DNA of 30,077 bases from NCBI GenBank assembly GCA_044222065.1, contig JBGAOA010000032.1, forward strand, positions 19,575 to 49,651, read 5' to 3'. The first letter of the stretch is position 1. The number at the start of each line of letters is the position of its first letter. Origin of the DNA: Candidatus Eiseniibacteriota bacterium (GTDB lineage: Bacteria > Eisenbacteria > RBG-16-71-46). The notes under the pieces are model-generated. The model made no database searches. It had not been told where the DNA came from and saw only the letters and a program-made list of their open reading frames with translations. The position numbers were made by a program, and so were the translations under genes. Positions 9,296-19,132 of the stretch are shown here, piece after piece.

Positions 9296-10282
9296 TCAGT
9301 TCGGCGGGGTGAAGACGAACGGCGCCTGGAACGTTGTCGAGCCTTCGGCGATCGCCGGGAACTTCCAGTCGTGGATCTGCGAGAGCGCGCACGATTCGAG
9401 GCGCGCAGAGCCGACCGTGTTGCGCACGACCGAGACCTCGGTGACGGCGCCCGAGGCGGCGACCGTGATCGCGACGACGAGCTTGCCCTTGAGCGTGGGG
9501 TCGCGCTTGAGCTCGTTGCCGTAGCAGTACTGGATGCCGGCCGCGTACTTCTGGATCACGGCGAGCAGCGAGGCGTTGCTGCGGTAGATGCCGGGCGCGG
9601 CGCCGCTCGAGCGCGGATCGCCGCCGCCTCCGCCGCCGCCGCGATCGACGTCGGACGCCTGCAGCGAGCCGATCGCGACCATCTGGCCCGCGACGCCCGA
9701 GCCCGCGAGGTCGCTGCCCGCGCCGCTCGAGGCGAGGCGGCTCTCGTAGCCCGCGAGCTGACCGTCCGAGCGGCCGCCGCCGACACTGCGGCCGCGGCGC
9801 CGCCCGACGGGCTCGCCCTGGTCGCCGGTGGCGGCGAGGGCGTTCGAGAGCGCGCCGAGGTTCTTGTCGAGCGCGCTCGTCGCGCGCGCGAGCTCCTGCG
9901 TCGCCTGCTCGGCTCGCTGGCGTCCGAGCTTCCCGGCGTCGGGATCGACTTCGGGCGCGCGCCGTCGCGCGGGCGCGACCGGCGTCGGCTCGTTCACGAT
10001 GCCGTCCGGAAGCTCGCGCACGGCGAACTGCCGCACGGTCGCCTGCGAGGCCGGGGCCGGGGGCATCGGCGCCGGCATGCGCAGCACGACCTCGCGATGC
10101 GGTTCGGGCAGCACGACCTTCACGATCTGCTGCTCGGTGCGCGGCCACACGACCCACAGCAGCAGGAACACGGCGATCGCGAGGCCGGAGGCGATCATCA
10201 GGCTGCGCGAGACGCGCTGCCCGTTGCCTTCGGACTGCGCGCGTCGCTGCGCGCTCATCACGAGTGCCATGCTCGCGATCAT
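9296..10282 (-). CDS. AgmX/PglI C-terminal (TonB-C-like) domain protein, GltG-like, 328 aa
   Basis: Start MIASMALV at 10282 (ATGA overlap). One TM helix, a Pro/Gly-rich linker, and C-terminal IQYCYGNELKRDPTLKGKLVVAITV...LESCALSQIHDWKFP...PFVFTP. Confidence 0.85.
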   Translation of the reverse strand: MIASMALVMSAQRRAQSEGNGQRVSRSLMIASGLAIAVFLLLWVVWPRTEQQIVKVVLPEPHREVVLRMPAPMPPAPASQATVRQFAVRELPDGIVNEPTPVAPARRRAPEVDPDAGKLGRQRAEQATQELARATSALDKNLGALSNALAATGDQGEPVGRRRGRSVGGGRSDGQLAGYESRLASSGAGSDLAGSGVAGQMVAIGSLQASDVDRGGGGGGGDPRSSGAAPGIYRSNASLLAVIQKYAAGIQYCYGNELKRDPTLKGKLVVAITVAASGAVTEVSVVRNTVGSARLESCALSQIHDWKFPAIAEGSTTFQAPFVFTPPN

Positions 10283-10686
10283 CGGGAGTTCTCCTTCGGC
10301 ACGAGGGGAGAGGCCGCGCCGGTCTCGGTGACGCGCGCCGGCAGCGGCGTCGCCTCGCCGAGCTCGCGGCTCGTCCGCAGGTAACGGCGGTGGTGGAAGT
10401 CGAGGAAGCGGCGCTGGTCGCGCGCCGTGATGAACAGCACCTGGGGCACCGGGATCTCGCCCTCGATGTGCACGTCGTCGAGCTGGCGCGGACCGGCGGC
10501 GCCACGGGCGCTCGCGTTCGTGCCGGCCGCGGCCTTCTTCGTCGCGGCGACGCGCTCGGCGCGCGCCTTCGCGGCCGGATCGGCCGCGGGCTTCGCGGCC
10601 GCGCGCGACGGCGCCGCGTCGGACGCCGGCGCCGCCCACAGGGCGATCGCGAGCAGCAGCAGGGACGGACGGAGCGGTCGGATCAC
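10279..10686 (-). CDS. small secreted GltF/CglF-like protein, 135 aa
   Basis: Signal peptide, Ala/Lys-rich linker, and motif LDDVHIEGEIPVPQVLFI resembling the GltF 'IEG..xKP' core. It lies between a TPR gene and the GltG-like gene. Confidence 0.6.
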   Translation of the reverse strand: MIRPLRPSLLLLAIALWAAPASDAAPSRAAAKPAADPAAKARAERVAATKKAAAGTNASARGAAGPRQLDDVHIEGEIPVPQVLFITARDQRRFLDFHHRRYLRTSRELGEATPLPARVTETGAASPLVPKENSR

Positions 10687-11696
10687 GGCTGGTCTCCTCC
10701 TTCGGCGAGCGGCTTCGGCGAGATCGCGCCGAACGCTTCCGCGAGGTGGTCGGGATCGGCGTGCGAACGCTCCCAGTACTGCTCGAACCAGCGCTTCGCC
10801 GCCGCGTCGTCGAGCGTGTAGTACTTCTCGAGGATCGCGAGGTTGTAGTAGGGGCCCGGCAGCGCCGGGTTCAGTTCGATCGCGCGCAGGAAGCCGCGCC
10901 GCGCGTCCTTCGGATCGCCGGAGCGCAGCCGCGTGATGCCCCAGTTGTTCTGCGCGACGGCGCTCTTCGGGTCGTCGTCGAGCGCGTCCTCGGCGATCGC
11001 CTTCGCGTCGTCCGGATGTTCGCCGCGGAGCCGCACGTAGACGATCGCCGAGCGCGCCTCGCGCGGCGACGACTTCGGCAGGGCCGCGAGCGCGGCCTCC
11101 GCGAGGTCGGGGCGGTCGAGCGCGTCGTAGTGGAGCGCGAGCCCGGCGAGGAGCTGGACGGGCACGCCGTCGGGGTAGGCGTCGGAACGCTGGCGCGCGG
11201 CTTCGAGCAGCTGGACCGCCTCCTCGTGGCGGCCGTCGGCGAACAGCAGCCGCGACAGCAGCGACAGTGCGGGCGCGTACGTGGGCGATTGCGCGAGCGA
11301 CGCACGCAGGTCGCGCTCCGCCGCGCCGCCCGCACCGCGCTCGATCTCGACCTCGGCGGCGCGGAACGGCCAGTAGGGCTCCGCGGGCTCGCTCGCGGCG
11401 CGCGCGCGCGCGGCGTCGAGCGGATCGCTCGGCGTTTCCTCGGCGGCTACCTCGTCGTGCTTCGCCTTCTTCTTCGACGGCTCGTCGGCTCGGCGCTCGG
11501 CCTTCGGCGGCTTCGGCGACCTGGCCGCCTTCGCGGGCTTCGAGGCGCCGCCGTCGGCGAGCACCCGCGCCTCGTCCTTCGTGCGCTTCGCGGCCTTCGC
11601 CTTCTTCTCCTTCTTCGGCTTCTTCGCCGCCTTCGGCTCGGCCGACGCGGTCGCGGACGGCACCGTGCGCGAGTCGTGGAGGCCGAGAAGGCTCAC
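10683..11696 (-). CDS. tetratricopeptide repeat protein, GltE/AglT-like, ~337 aa
   Basis: GTG at 11696 with AGGAG RBS and GTGA overlap. Lys-rich N-terminus. TPRs such as AQNNWGITRLRSGDPKDARRGFLRAIELNP and PYYNLAILEKYY. Confidence 0.75.
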   Translation of the reverse strand: MSLLGLHDSRTVPSATASAEPKAAKKPKKEKKAKAAKRTKDEARVLADGGASKPAKAARSPKPPKAERRADEPSKKKAKHDEVAAEETPSDPLDAARARAASEPAEPYWPFRAAEVEIERGAGGAAERDLRASLAQSPTYAPALSLLSRLLFADGRHEEAVQLLEAARQRSDAYPDGVPVQLLAGLALHYDALDRPDLAEAALAALPKSSPREARSAIVYVRLRGEHPDDAKAIAEDALDDDPKSAVAQNNWGITRLRSGDPKDARRGFLRAIELNPALPGPYYNLAILEKYYTLDDAAAKRWFEQYWERSHADPDHLAEAFGAISPKPLAEGGDQP

Positions 11697-14600
11697 GGCT
11701 GCTCCTTCCTGAGTTGCGTGCGCGCGCGATCGCCGGCCGCGTCCTCGTCGAGCGCGCCGAGACCGCCGGCCGAAGTCTTCGGGGCCTTGCCGGCCACGAC
11801 CGGATATTCCATCTCGGGCCGGTAGAAGAACCGGTTGCCGAGCCGCGACCACAGCGAGGTCTGCGCGCGCGCGAGCCAGTCGTCCGGAGCGTCGTCGCGC
11901 GACTTCTTGAGCGCTTCCGTCCACACCGTCTCGCCGCGGTCGTAGAACTGCTGGGCCTTGTCGCCGAGCACCTGCACGTACGCCTTGAGGTCGTCCCCGT
12001 GGAGATCGGCCGGCCGCTCGCTGCGCTCCAGCGCTTCTCCGAACGCGATGAGCGACTGCCCGATCCGGTACGCGGAGGCGTGTGCCCACTCGGGCACGCC
12101 GGTGTCCACCGACTTGCGGTAGAGCGCCATCGTCTCGTCGAGCTTCTTCTGCCGCGCCGCGATGGACTTCGCGAGCGGCAGCGTGAGCTTCACGGCGTCG
12201 TACTTCGCGAACGCCTCCTCGCCCTCGAGGAAGCGCACGCGCGCCACGATCTTCTTGGACGCCAGCTCCGGATGGGCCGCGGCGCGCCGCAGATAGTCCG
12301 CGAGGTAGCTCGCCGGCGCCGCAGCCGCGGCGGCCTTCGCGCCCTTCGCGGCCGGCTTCGGCATCACGGTCGAGATCGGGCGGTCCGCCGTGACGCGGTC
12401 GAGGTCGCGCATCGCGAAGCCTTCCAGGATCTCGATCGCGGTCGAGTCGTCCTTCGGGTACTGCTTCAGGTAGGCGAGGCGCTGCTCGTCGGCGCGCGTC
12501 GAGAGGCCCGCGGCCTGCCACAGGTCGGCGGCCTTGAGCCACGCGTCGTCGGCGTCGGCGTCCTTCGGGTAGCGGGTCGCGAAGCGCGCGTAGGCGTCGG
12601 CGCCCTGTTCCTTCTCGCCGGCCTCTTCCCAGCGGTGCGCGATCTCGAGGTGGGCGTCGCGCACGTAGTCGCTCTTCGGGAAGTCGCGGATCAGCGCTTC
12701 CATCGCGAGCACGCCGTCGCGCGTGCGGCCGGCCTTGAAGTAGGCGAGGCCCGCGCGGTACGCCGCGACGTGCGCGTGTTCGTAGTTCGGGAACCGGCGC
12801 GCGACCTGCTCGAACAGCTCGGCGTGGCGCGCGTACGCGTTCGAGTCCGCTGCGACCGAGGCCTCGGCATTCTTGTAGGCGCAGATCGGCACCGCCGTCG
12901 CGAGCCGCTTCGCGAGCGTGTCGTTGCCGGCGCGCTGCGCGACGACGAGCGCCTCTTCGTAGGCCGTGCCGGCGGCCGCGAAGTCGCCCGAGCGGAACAC
13001 GGCGTCGGCGCGCAGGCCGAGCGCGAGCGGCGCGCGCTTGTCGTCCGGCCAGCGCTTCGCGAGCCGCTCCATGTCCTGCGCCGCGCGTTCCCACCAGCCG
13101 TGCGCGAAGCCGAGCTGGCCCTCGCGCCACACGATGTCCGCGCCCTGCGCGTGCGACGGGAACCGCTCGAGCAGCGCGTCGCCGGCCGCGATCACCTCGC
13201 GCGCGAGCGAGTCGCGTCCGAGCGCCTGCGCGCCCTTCGGCGTCGTTCCGCGGTACCACGCGTCGGTCACCGCCACGCGCTGCCACAGCGCCTGCACGGC
13301 GAGCGAGTCATCGCCGCTCTTCGCCGCGGCGGCGTAGTGGGCGAGCGCGCCGGGCCAGTCCTCGAGCTGCGCGCTCGCTTCGCCCGCGGACAGCTCGAGC
13401 GTCGGCGCCTCGGGACGGTTCGGGAACTTCGCGAGCAGCGTCTCGTACAGTTCGAGCGCCTGCTTCCAGTCGCTCTTCGCGCCCTTCTCGCGCGCGAGCC
13501 GGTGGTAGTCCTTCGCGACCGCGCTCCAGGCGCCGAGCGCGAACGCCTCGCCGGCCGCGCGCAGCGAGTCCGACGCCTGCGCTTCGGCCCACGCGCTGCC
13601 GGGCGCGAAGTGCGCCGCGACGTCGAGTCGCGCCTCGCGCGCGCGTTCGTCGTGGTTCGCGCGCTGGTGGGTCTCGATCAGCCGCTCGGCGGTCGTGAGC
13701 GCCTGCGCGTCGAGCGGGTAGCGGGCGAGAAAGCGGCGGTCGGCGTCGGTCGCATCCGCGTACAGGCCGTAGCGTCGGAAGTGCTGGCCGAGCGCGAGCA
13801 GCACGCGGCGCTCGTAGGGCCGCGCGCCGAGCGAGTCGAAGTACGACGCGAACGCGTCGGCGCCGCCGGCGCCCGCGAGCGAGTGGACCAGGTACGACTC
13901 CGCCTCGCCCTCGACGTCGGCGGCGATCTCGGCGCGCCGCGGCGAGTCGTACAGGTCGAGCACGGCGCGGAACGCGTCGGCGGCCTCGAGGAAGCGGTCC
14001 TGGTTGAAGCGCGCCCAGCCCTTCTTGTAGAGCGCGATCGCGGACAGCCCCGCGTCCTTGCCGGCCGCGGCGTGCGTGTAGAACGCGACGCCTTCGTCGA
14101 AGCGCTTCTCGTTGAAGCGCAGGTCGCCGAGGCGGAGCGTCGCCTCCTGCACGTACGGCGACTCCGGATGGAGCGTGACGAGATCGGTGAAGAACGCCTC
14201 GGCCTCGGGGTTCGCCTCGTCGGCGAGGATCATGCCGGCGTTGAAGCGCACGGCGTCGAGGTGCTCGAAGTCGCGGTCCTCGGCGAGGATCTTCCGGTAG
14301 AGCGCGAGCGCGTCGGCGTGCGTGAGCACCGGCAGCGGTCCGGGCTCGCGGCCCGCGGCCTGCGCGGCGAGGTAGGCTTCCATCGCCTTGCGGAACTCCT
14401 GCCGCGCGGCGACGAGTTCCAGGTCCGCGAGCCGGAAGCGCGACTCGCCGCGGGCGCCCGACTTCGGGTGCTTCGCGAGGAACGACTGGAGCGCCTCGAT
14501 CGCGACTGCGCGCCAGCGCGCGGACTCGGGATCGTCGAACGCTTCGTCCGCCTGCTGCTGCGTGCGCACCGTGTCGCCGTCGGCCGGGCCGCCCGGGCGG

Positions 14601-16697
14601 TCGAGCTTCACGGCGAGACCGTAGGCCGAGGCGGCGAGGCCGTAGTCGAGGCCCTCGCGCTCGGCGGTGAGCCCCGCGAGCGCGCGTTCGAGCGCGGCGC
14701 GCGCCGCGCGTTCGCGCTGCCGCGCGTGCGCGACGATCAGCGTGTCCACGCGCCGTTCGAGCCCGCCGATCGCGGCGACGAGCCGCCGCTCCTCGTCGCT
14801 CGTGTGCGAGGCGGCGAGGTTCGAGTCGATGCGCACGCCGAGCGTGCGCGCCCACGCGAGCGCGCGCCGGGCGTCTTCCGCCTCGCGCGCGGCGCGGTCC
14901 ACGAGGCCCGGACGCCACGCCGTGTCGTACGAGCGCGCGAGCAGCCCCGGGGCGTCGGCCGCCATGCGCGTCGCGAAGCCCACGAGGTCGCGCGCGAGCG
15001 CTTCCTCGACCGCGACGACCGAGTCGGCCGGTTCGTAGCCGAGCGGGGCCGGCACGGCGCGCACGCGGTTCGGGCCCTCGAGGTGGAAGTGCTTCATGGC
15101 CGCGAGCCACAGCAGGTGCCGCTCGCACGCGACGAGCTGCGCCGCCGTGCGCTCGAGCACGTGCCGCGTCGCCTCGTCGCGCACGTCGCGCAGGCGGCGG
15201 TCGAGGTCGTCGAGCGTGCGGCGCAGCGAGTCGAGCAGCGCGCTCTTCGCCTCGAGGTCCGCGGCCTCCTGGCGTGCGAGCCCGAGTCCGCCCGTGAGGT
15301 AGCGGGTCAGGGACGACAGCGCCTCGCGCTCGCGGGCGAGGTCCCAGCGCGCACGCTGGAGCGCGCCTTCCGCCTCGCGTTCGGCGTCGGCCGTGGCCTC
15401 GATGCGGCGGCGCTCCTCGCCGTTCGGCGCATCGACGGTCCAGGTCATCGTCGCGCCCCACGGCGCCGACGCGGGCGCGGGCAGCTCGAACGCGGGCGGC
15501 GCGGACAGGTCGGTCGAGGCGTCGGCGAGCGCGTTCGCGAACAGCGCCGCCGAGACGCCGTCGAGCGCGAGCGCGTCCGAGAGCGGATCGCCCGACTCCC
15601 ACGCCTTCCAGCGCGCCTCGAAGTTCCCCGAGGCGAGCTCCCACTGCAGCGACTGGCGGTTCGCGTCCCAGTCCTGGTCGGCGCGCTCGTACAGCGCGCG
15701 GGCGTGGGCCCAGCGGCCCTCGTCGAGCGCGTGACCGGCGAGCGCGAGCCACACCTCGCGGCGCGCGCCGTAGGTCGAGTCCGAGGCCAGCACCGACTCG
15801 AGGTCGGCGGCGCCCTCGGCGCCGCGGCCGTCCTCGAGCCGCGCGAGTCCGAGCGCGTGCCGCGCGCGCGCGGCGTAGCGGCTGCCGGCGGGCACTTCGG
15901 CGAGCAGCGCCGACGGATCCTCGCCGGCGCGCGCCGCGGCCGCGAGCCGCAGCTTCGCCGCGCCGACGAGGTCGCGGCCGAGCGCCGTGGCGGTGTCGCC
16001 CGAGGCGAGCCGGCGTCCACGTGGCTGTCGTCGCGGCCCGCCGCGGCGAGCGCGCGCGCCTCGACGAACGCGACGAGCGGCGTCGCGCGGGCGGCGCCGT
16101 CGAGTTGCTCGAGGAACGCGAGCGCCGGCGTCGCCGCGCTGGACGAGCAGGTTCTGGCGACGAGCGCGTCGGCCGCGGCGTCGCCCGAGGGCGACGCGGG
16201 GCGGCGAGGCCGCTGTCGGCTGCTCCGCCCGCGCGCGCGCCGCCGAGCTCGCGAGTTCGAGCGTCAGCGCGCACACGCTGTGCCGGTCCCACGCCGCGAC
16301 GGCGCGAGCGATCTTCTCCGAAAGGCTCGCGCTGGCCGGTGCGCAGGTAGTGCGCGAGCAGGAACGCCGCGCGGTCGGCCTCGCCGAACGACGGCCGCGC
16401 GCGAAGTCCACCTGCTCCAGGTGTTCGATCACGCCGCGCACGTTGCCGCGCGCGCGTGCTCGTAGGCCGCACGTCCGAGCGGCAGCACCCCACGTCCTCG
16501 CCCGGCTGCGCGCCGATGAGCGCGCGCGTCATCGGCGCGGGCGCGGGCGCGGCCGGGGCCGGCGCCGCGGCCGCGGGGCGCTTCGCGGCGTGCGCCGCGG
16601 GCGCCGTGGCGAGCAGCGCCGCGGCGAGCGCGAACGCCGCGCCCGCACTCCGGGGCCGCGGACGGAGGCGGCCGTCGTGGCTCGGGAAGGAGGTCAC
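11693..16697 (-). CDS. giant secreted TPR protein (GltD/AgmU-like C-terminal part with GltC-like N-terminal part), ~1,660 aa; apparent frameshifts at ~16000-16500
   Basis: Signal peptide from GTG 16697 (AFALAAALLATAPAAHA). Protein-like sequence hops frames between 16500 and 16000, then runs as an uninterrupted TPR-rich frame to 11693 (ESRFRLADLEL, ALYKKGWARFNQ, AAYRAGLAYFKAG, SAYRIGQSL). Confidence 0.75.
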
Positions 16698-16704
16698 GCG
16701 CCGC

Positions 16705-17619
16705 TCAGGAGCCCGTGCTCGGAATCGTCGTGTCGTGGAGCCAGACGCTCGCGCGGATCGAGGGCGCGCCCTGCTCGGGGCTCACGCCCGAGAGGTCGAG
16801 CCGCAGCATCGTGATGCGGTCGCGCGCGGGCTCGAGCGTGACGTAGCCCGAGTCCCCGGCGGGCGACGGGCCCGCACCGAGCGCGACCTCGAGGAACTGC
16901 TCGCGCGGCTCCACGAACTCGTGGAACACCTGCACGACGCCGCCCTTCGCGAGCGACTCGCGCTGCTCCACGCCGAGCTCGATGTCGAACGAGCTGCCGT
17001 CCTCGAGCCGCACCGACAGCCGGTCGAACGCGGCGTTCGCGGGCCAGCCGCTCGCGACCACGACGAGCGCCGTGCGCTGGTGGCCCGTGAAGTCGGCCTG
17101 CAGCACGCCGAGCCGGCCGCGCTGGTCGGCGAGCAGCCGGTCCATCTGGTCGAGCTGCGATTCGAGCTTGCCGAGGTCGGTGATGCTCGCGAGCAGCTCC
17201 TGGCGGCGTCGCGCCTCCTCGGTCGACGACACGGAGTCGCGCGCGCTCGTCGCGTCGGCGAGCAGCCGCTGGTAGTCGAGGTAGCGCGGGTCGATCGGCG
17301 CCGCGCCCTCGTCCTTCGCGGCCGGCTCTTCGTGCAGCAGGTCGTAGCGCGCGCGGATGAAGTCGCGGTTGGCCTTGAGGAACGAGAGCGTCGGGTGCTT
17401 CGCGCGCTTCGGCTTCACGCGCTCGACCGTCACGGCTTCCGCCGCGTCGGGGATGTCGGCGGCGGCGAGCGTCACGGGCGCTTCGGCGCCGCGCGCCCAG
17501 CGCACGCCGGCGGCGAGCGCCGCGAGCGCGATCAGCGTGCCGAAGGCGAACACGACGGGCAGGTTGCGGTCGGGCGCGGCGGCGAGCGCGCGGGCGCGCA
17601 CGGTCGGGAACGCGATCAC
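16705..17619 (-). CDS. hypothetical exported protein, coiled-coil plus beta-sandwich, 304 aa
   Basis: GTG 17619 with GGAGGGG RBS. N-terminal TM/signal segment and a coiled coil. LSVRLEDG...EQRESLAKGGVVQVFH resembles the small 'ALRRGGVQRLY' protein that precedes TPR genes in gammaproteobacterial Glt-core clusters (recalled, not searched). Confidence 0.7.
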   Translation of the reverse strand: MIAFPTVRARALAAAPDRNLPVVFAFGTLIALAALAAGVRWARGAEAPVTLAAADIPDAAEAVTVERVKPKRAKHPTLSFLKANRDFIRARYDLLHEEPAAKDEGAAPIDPRYLDYQRLLADATSARDSVSSTEEARRRQELLASITDLGKLESQLDQMDRLLADQRGRLGVLQADFTGHQRTALVVVASGWPANAAFDRLSVRLEDGSSFDIELGVEQRESLAKGGVVQVFHEFVEPREQFLEVALGAGPSPAGDSGYVTLEPARDRITMLRLDLSGVSPEQGAPSIRASVWLHDTTIPSTGS

Positions 17620-17621
17620 GA

Positions 17622-18182
17622 TCAGCCCCTCCACGTGCGGCGGACGCTGCCGTCGGAAGCGCTCACCATGACGAACAGCGACGGCGCGTGCGGCGCCGCG
17701 TAGACGAGCGTCCACGTCGCCTCGTCCGGGTGCTCGTCCTGGAACGCGCCGCGCATGAGCAGCATCGTGCGCAGCTCGCCGCCGAACTTGCGGCGGTAGT
17801 CGCGCACCGGGCCGTTCTCGGCCGCGGCGATCGCCGCGCCGCTGTCGATCCACTGCGTCGTGAGCGGCGGCGCGTCGAACTTCATCTCGAGGTTCTCGGC
17901 GACGAGGATCCGGCCGTCGCGCACCGAGTACGCGCGCGAGGCCGCGAGCGACGGCGAGTGGAACAGGTAGCCCCAGCGGGGCGCGCGGCCGTCCGCTTCC
18001 AGGCCTTCGTCGTTCTCGACGTAGATCAGGAACGCGTCCGGGGCCCAGGCCTGCGCGGCCGCGGCCGCGAGGTCGAGGCCCTCGCGCGCGGCGAACGGCT
18101 CGGGCCGCCCGGCGAACGCGGGCGCGGTCGCGAGCGCGAGCAGCGCGGCGGCGGGCAGGGCGAAGCGTCGAACGATCCTCAT
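17622..18182 (-). CDS. hypothetical secreted protein, possibly tandem PepSY-like fold, 186 aa
   Basis: GGAGG RBS and signal peptide (ALATAPAFA). Two helix-plus-beta units: AAAQAWAPDA...WGYLF and WIDSGAAIAAAE...WTLVY...VSASDGSV. Confidence 0.75.
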   Translation of the reverse strand: MRIVRRFALPAAALLALATAPAFAGRPEPFAAREGLDLAAAAAQAWAPDAFLIYVENDEGLEADGRAPRWGYLFHSPSLAASRAYSVRDGRILVAENLEMKFDAPPLTTQWIDSGAAIAAAENGPVRDYRRKFGGELRTMLLMRGAFQDEHPDEATWTLVYAAPHAPSLFVMVSASDGSVRRTWRG

Positions 18183-18192
18183 CGGCGCCCTC

Positions 18193-19119
18193 CTAGAACA
18201 GGTACGTGGTGCCGAGCGTGAACTCGACGTTGTTGTTGTCGACGCGTGCGGCGTCGGGGCCGGACTTGAAGCGGAAGTCGCGGAACTCCCAGCGCATCGC
18301 GACGCGCTTCGACAGGAACAGCTCGGTGCCCGCGCCGTAGTTGAAGCTCGGCTCCGTGTCGCCCTGCATCAGCGTCGAGCCGACGCCGACGGTGACGTAG
18401 GGGACCATCTGGCGGCCGGGCAGGAGTTCGAACGTCGCGTTCAGGTGGTAGGACAGCATCTCGAAGCGCTCCTGCTCGAGCGTGAGCCCGAACAGCGACT
18501 CGACGATCTCCGCCGGGCGCAGCACGCGCGTCCACGCGAGGCCGGCCTCGGCCTGCAGGCGGTCGAACACGTAGTAGCCGAGCCGTCCGCCGACGACGAG
18601 CGAGTTCGACTTGCGGTCGAACGCGTACGCGCCGCCGTAGCCGCTGACGACGAAGCTGCCGGTGCGCGTGTAGAGGCGCGGATTCGGCTTGAACTGCAGG
18701 TCCGAGAGGTCGTCGAACTCCTTCACGAGCGAGGCGTGGATCCAGCCCGTCTCGGTGTCCGACAGCTCGATGCCGTACCAGTCGTCGCTCTTCGCGATCA
18801 CCGTGAACTCGGCGTCCTTCGGGTACACGCCCGCGATCGCGTAGCGGTCGCCCGGGCCGGAGCGCACGACGTTGCGGTTGCCGCGCACCGTCTTCACCTT
18901 GCGCAGCGCGACGTGCGGGCGCTCGTTGTACGCCGCGGCCGCGGCCTCGGTGGCCGTCAGAGCGGAGTCCGCGGGCGCGCTCGCGCCGGCCGAGTCGGCG
19001 GGCGCGGGCGCCGGAGCGTCGTCGGCCGCCGCGGGGGCCGCGAGCGCGCACGCGAGCGCCGCCGCGAGCAGCGCGCGATCGAACGGGGTCTTCGCCGAGT
19101 TCCACGACCAGCGCTTCAT
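18193..19119 (-). CDS. SH3b domain + outer-membrane beta-barrel protein, 308 aa
   Basis: Signal peptide, then SH3b-like NVVRSGPGDRYAI...DWYGIELSDTETGWIHASLV. OmpA-like 8-strand barrel (VPYVTVGVG, FNYGAGTELF) ending in aromatic TTYLF. Confidence 0.88.
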   Translation of the reverse strand: MKRWSWNSAKTPFDRALLAAALACALAAPAAADDAPAPAPADSAGASAPADSALTATEAAAAAYNERPHVALRKVKTVRGNRNVVRSGPGDRYAIAGVYPKDAEFTVIAKSDDWYGIELSDTETGWIHASLVKEFDDLSDLQFKPNPRLYTRTGSFVVSGYGGAYAFDRKSNSLVVGGRLGYYVFDRLQAEAGLAWTRVLRPAEIVESLFGLTLEQERFEMLSYHLNATFELLPGRQMVPYVTVGVGSTLMQGDTEPSFNYGAGTELFLSKRVAMRWEFRDFRFKSGPDAARVDNNNVEFTLGTTYLF

Positions 19120-19132
19120 CGAGACGTCCCTT

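Noticed and set aside
190..13286. ORF-track long versions (190-3459, 4630-6954, 5805-8855, 9296-10639, 10683-13286) suggesting giant fusion proteins
   Set aside because: The N-terminal extensions are off-frame readings of the upstream gene. True starts coincide with stop/start overlaps, often with an RBS.
9296..16697. Bona fide gliding motility machinery
   Set aside because: There is no AglRQS motor, GltI/GltJ, AglZ or FHA domain here. The core alone does not imply motility.
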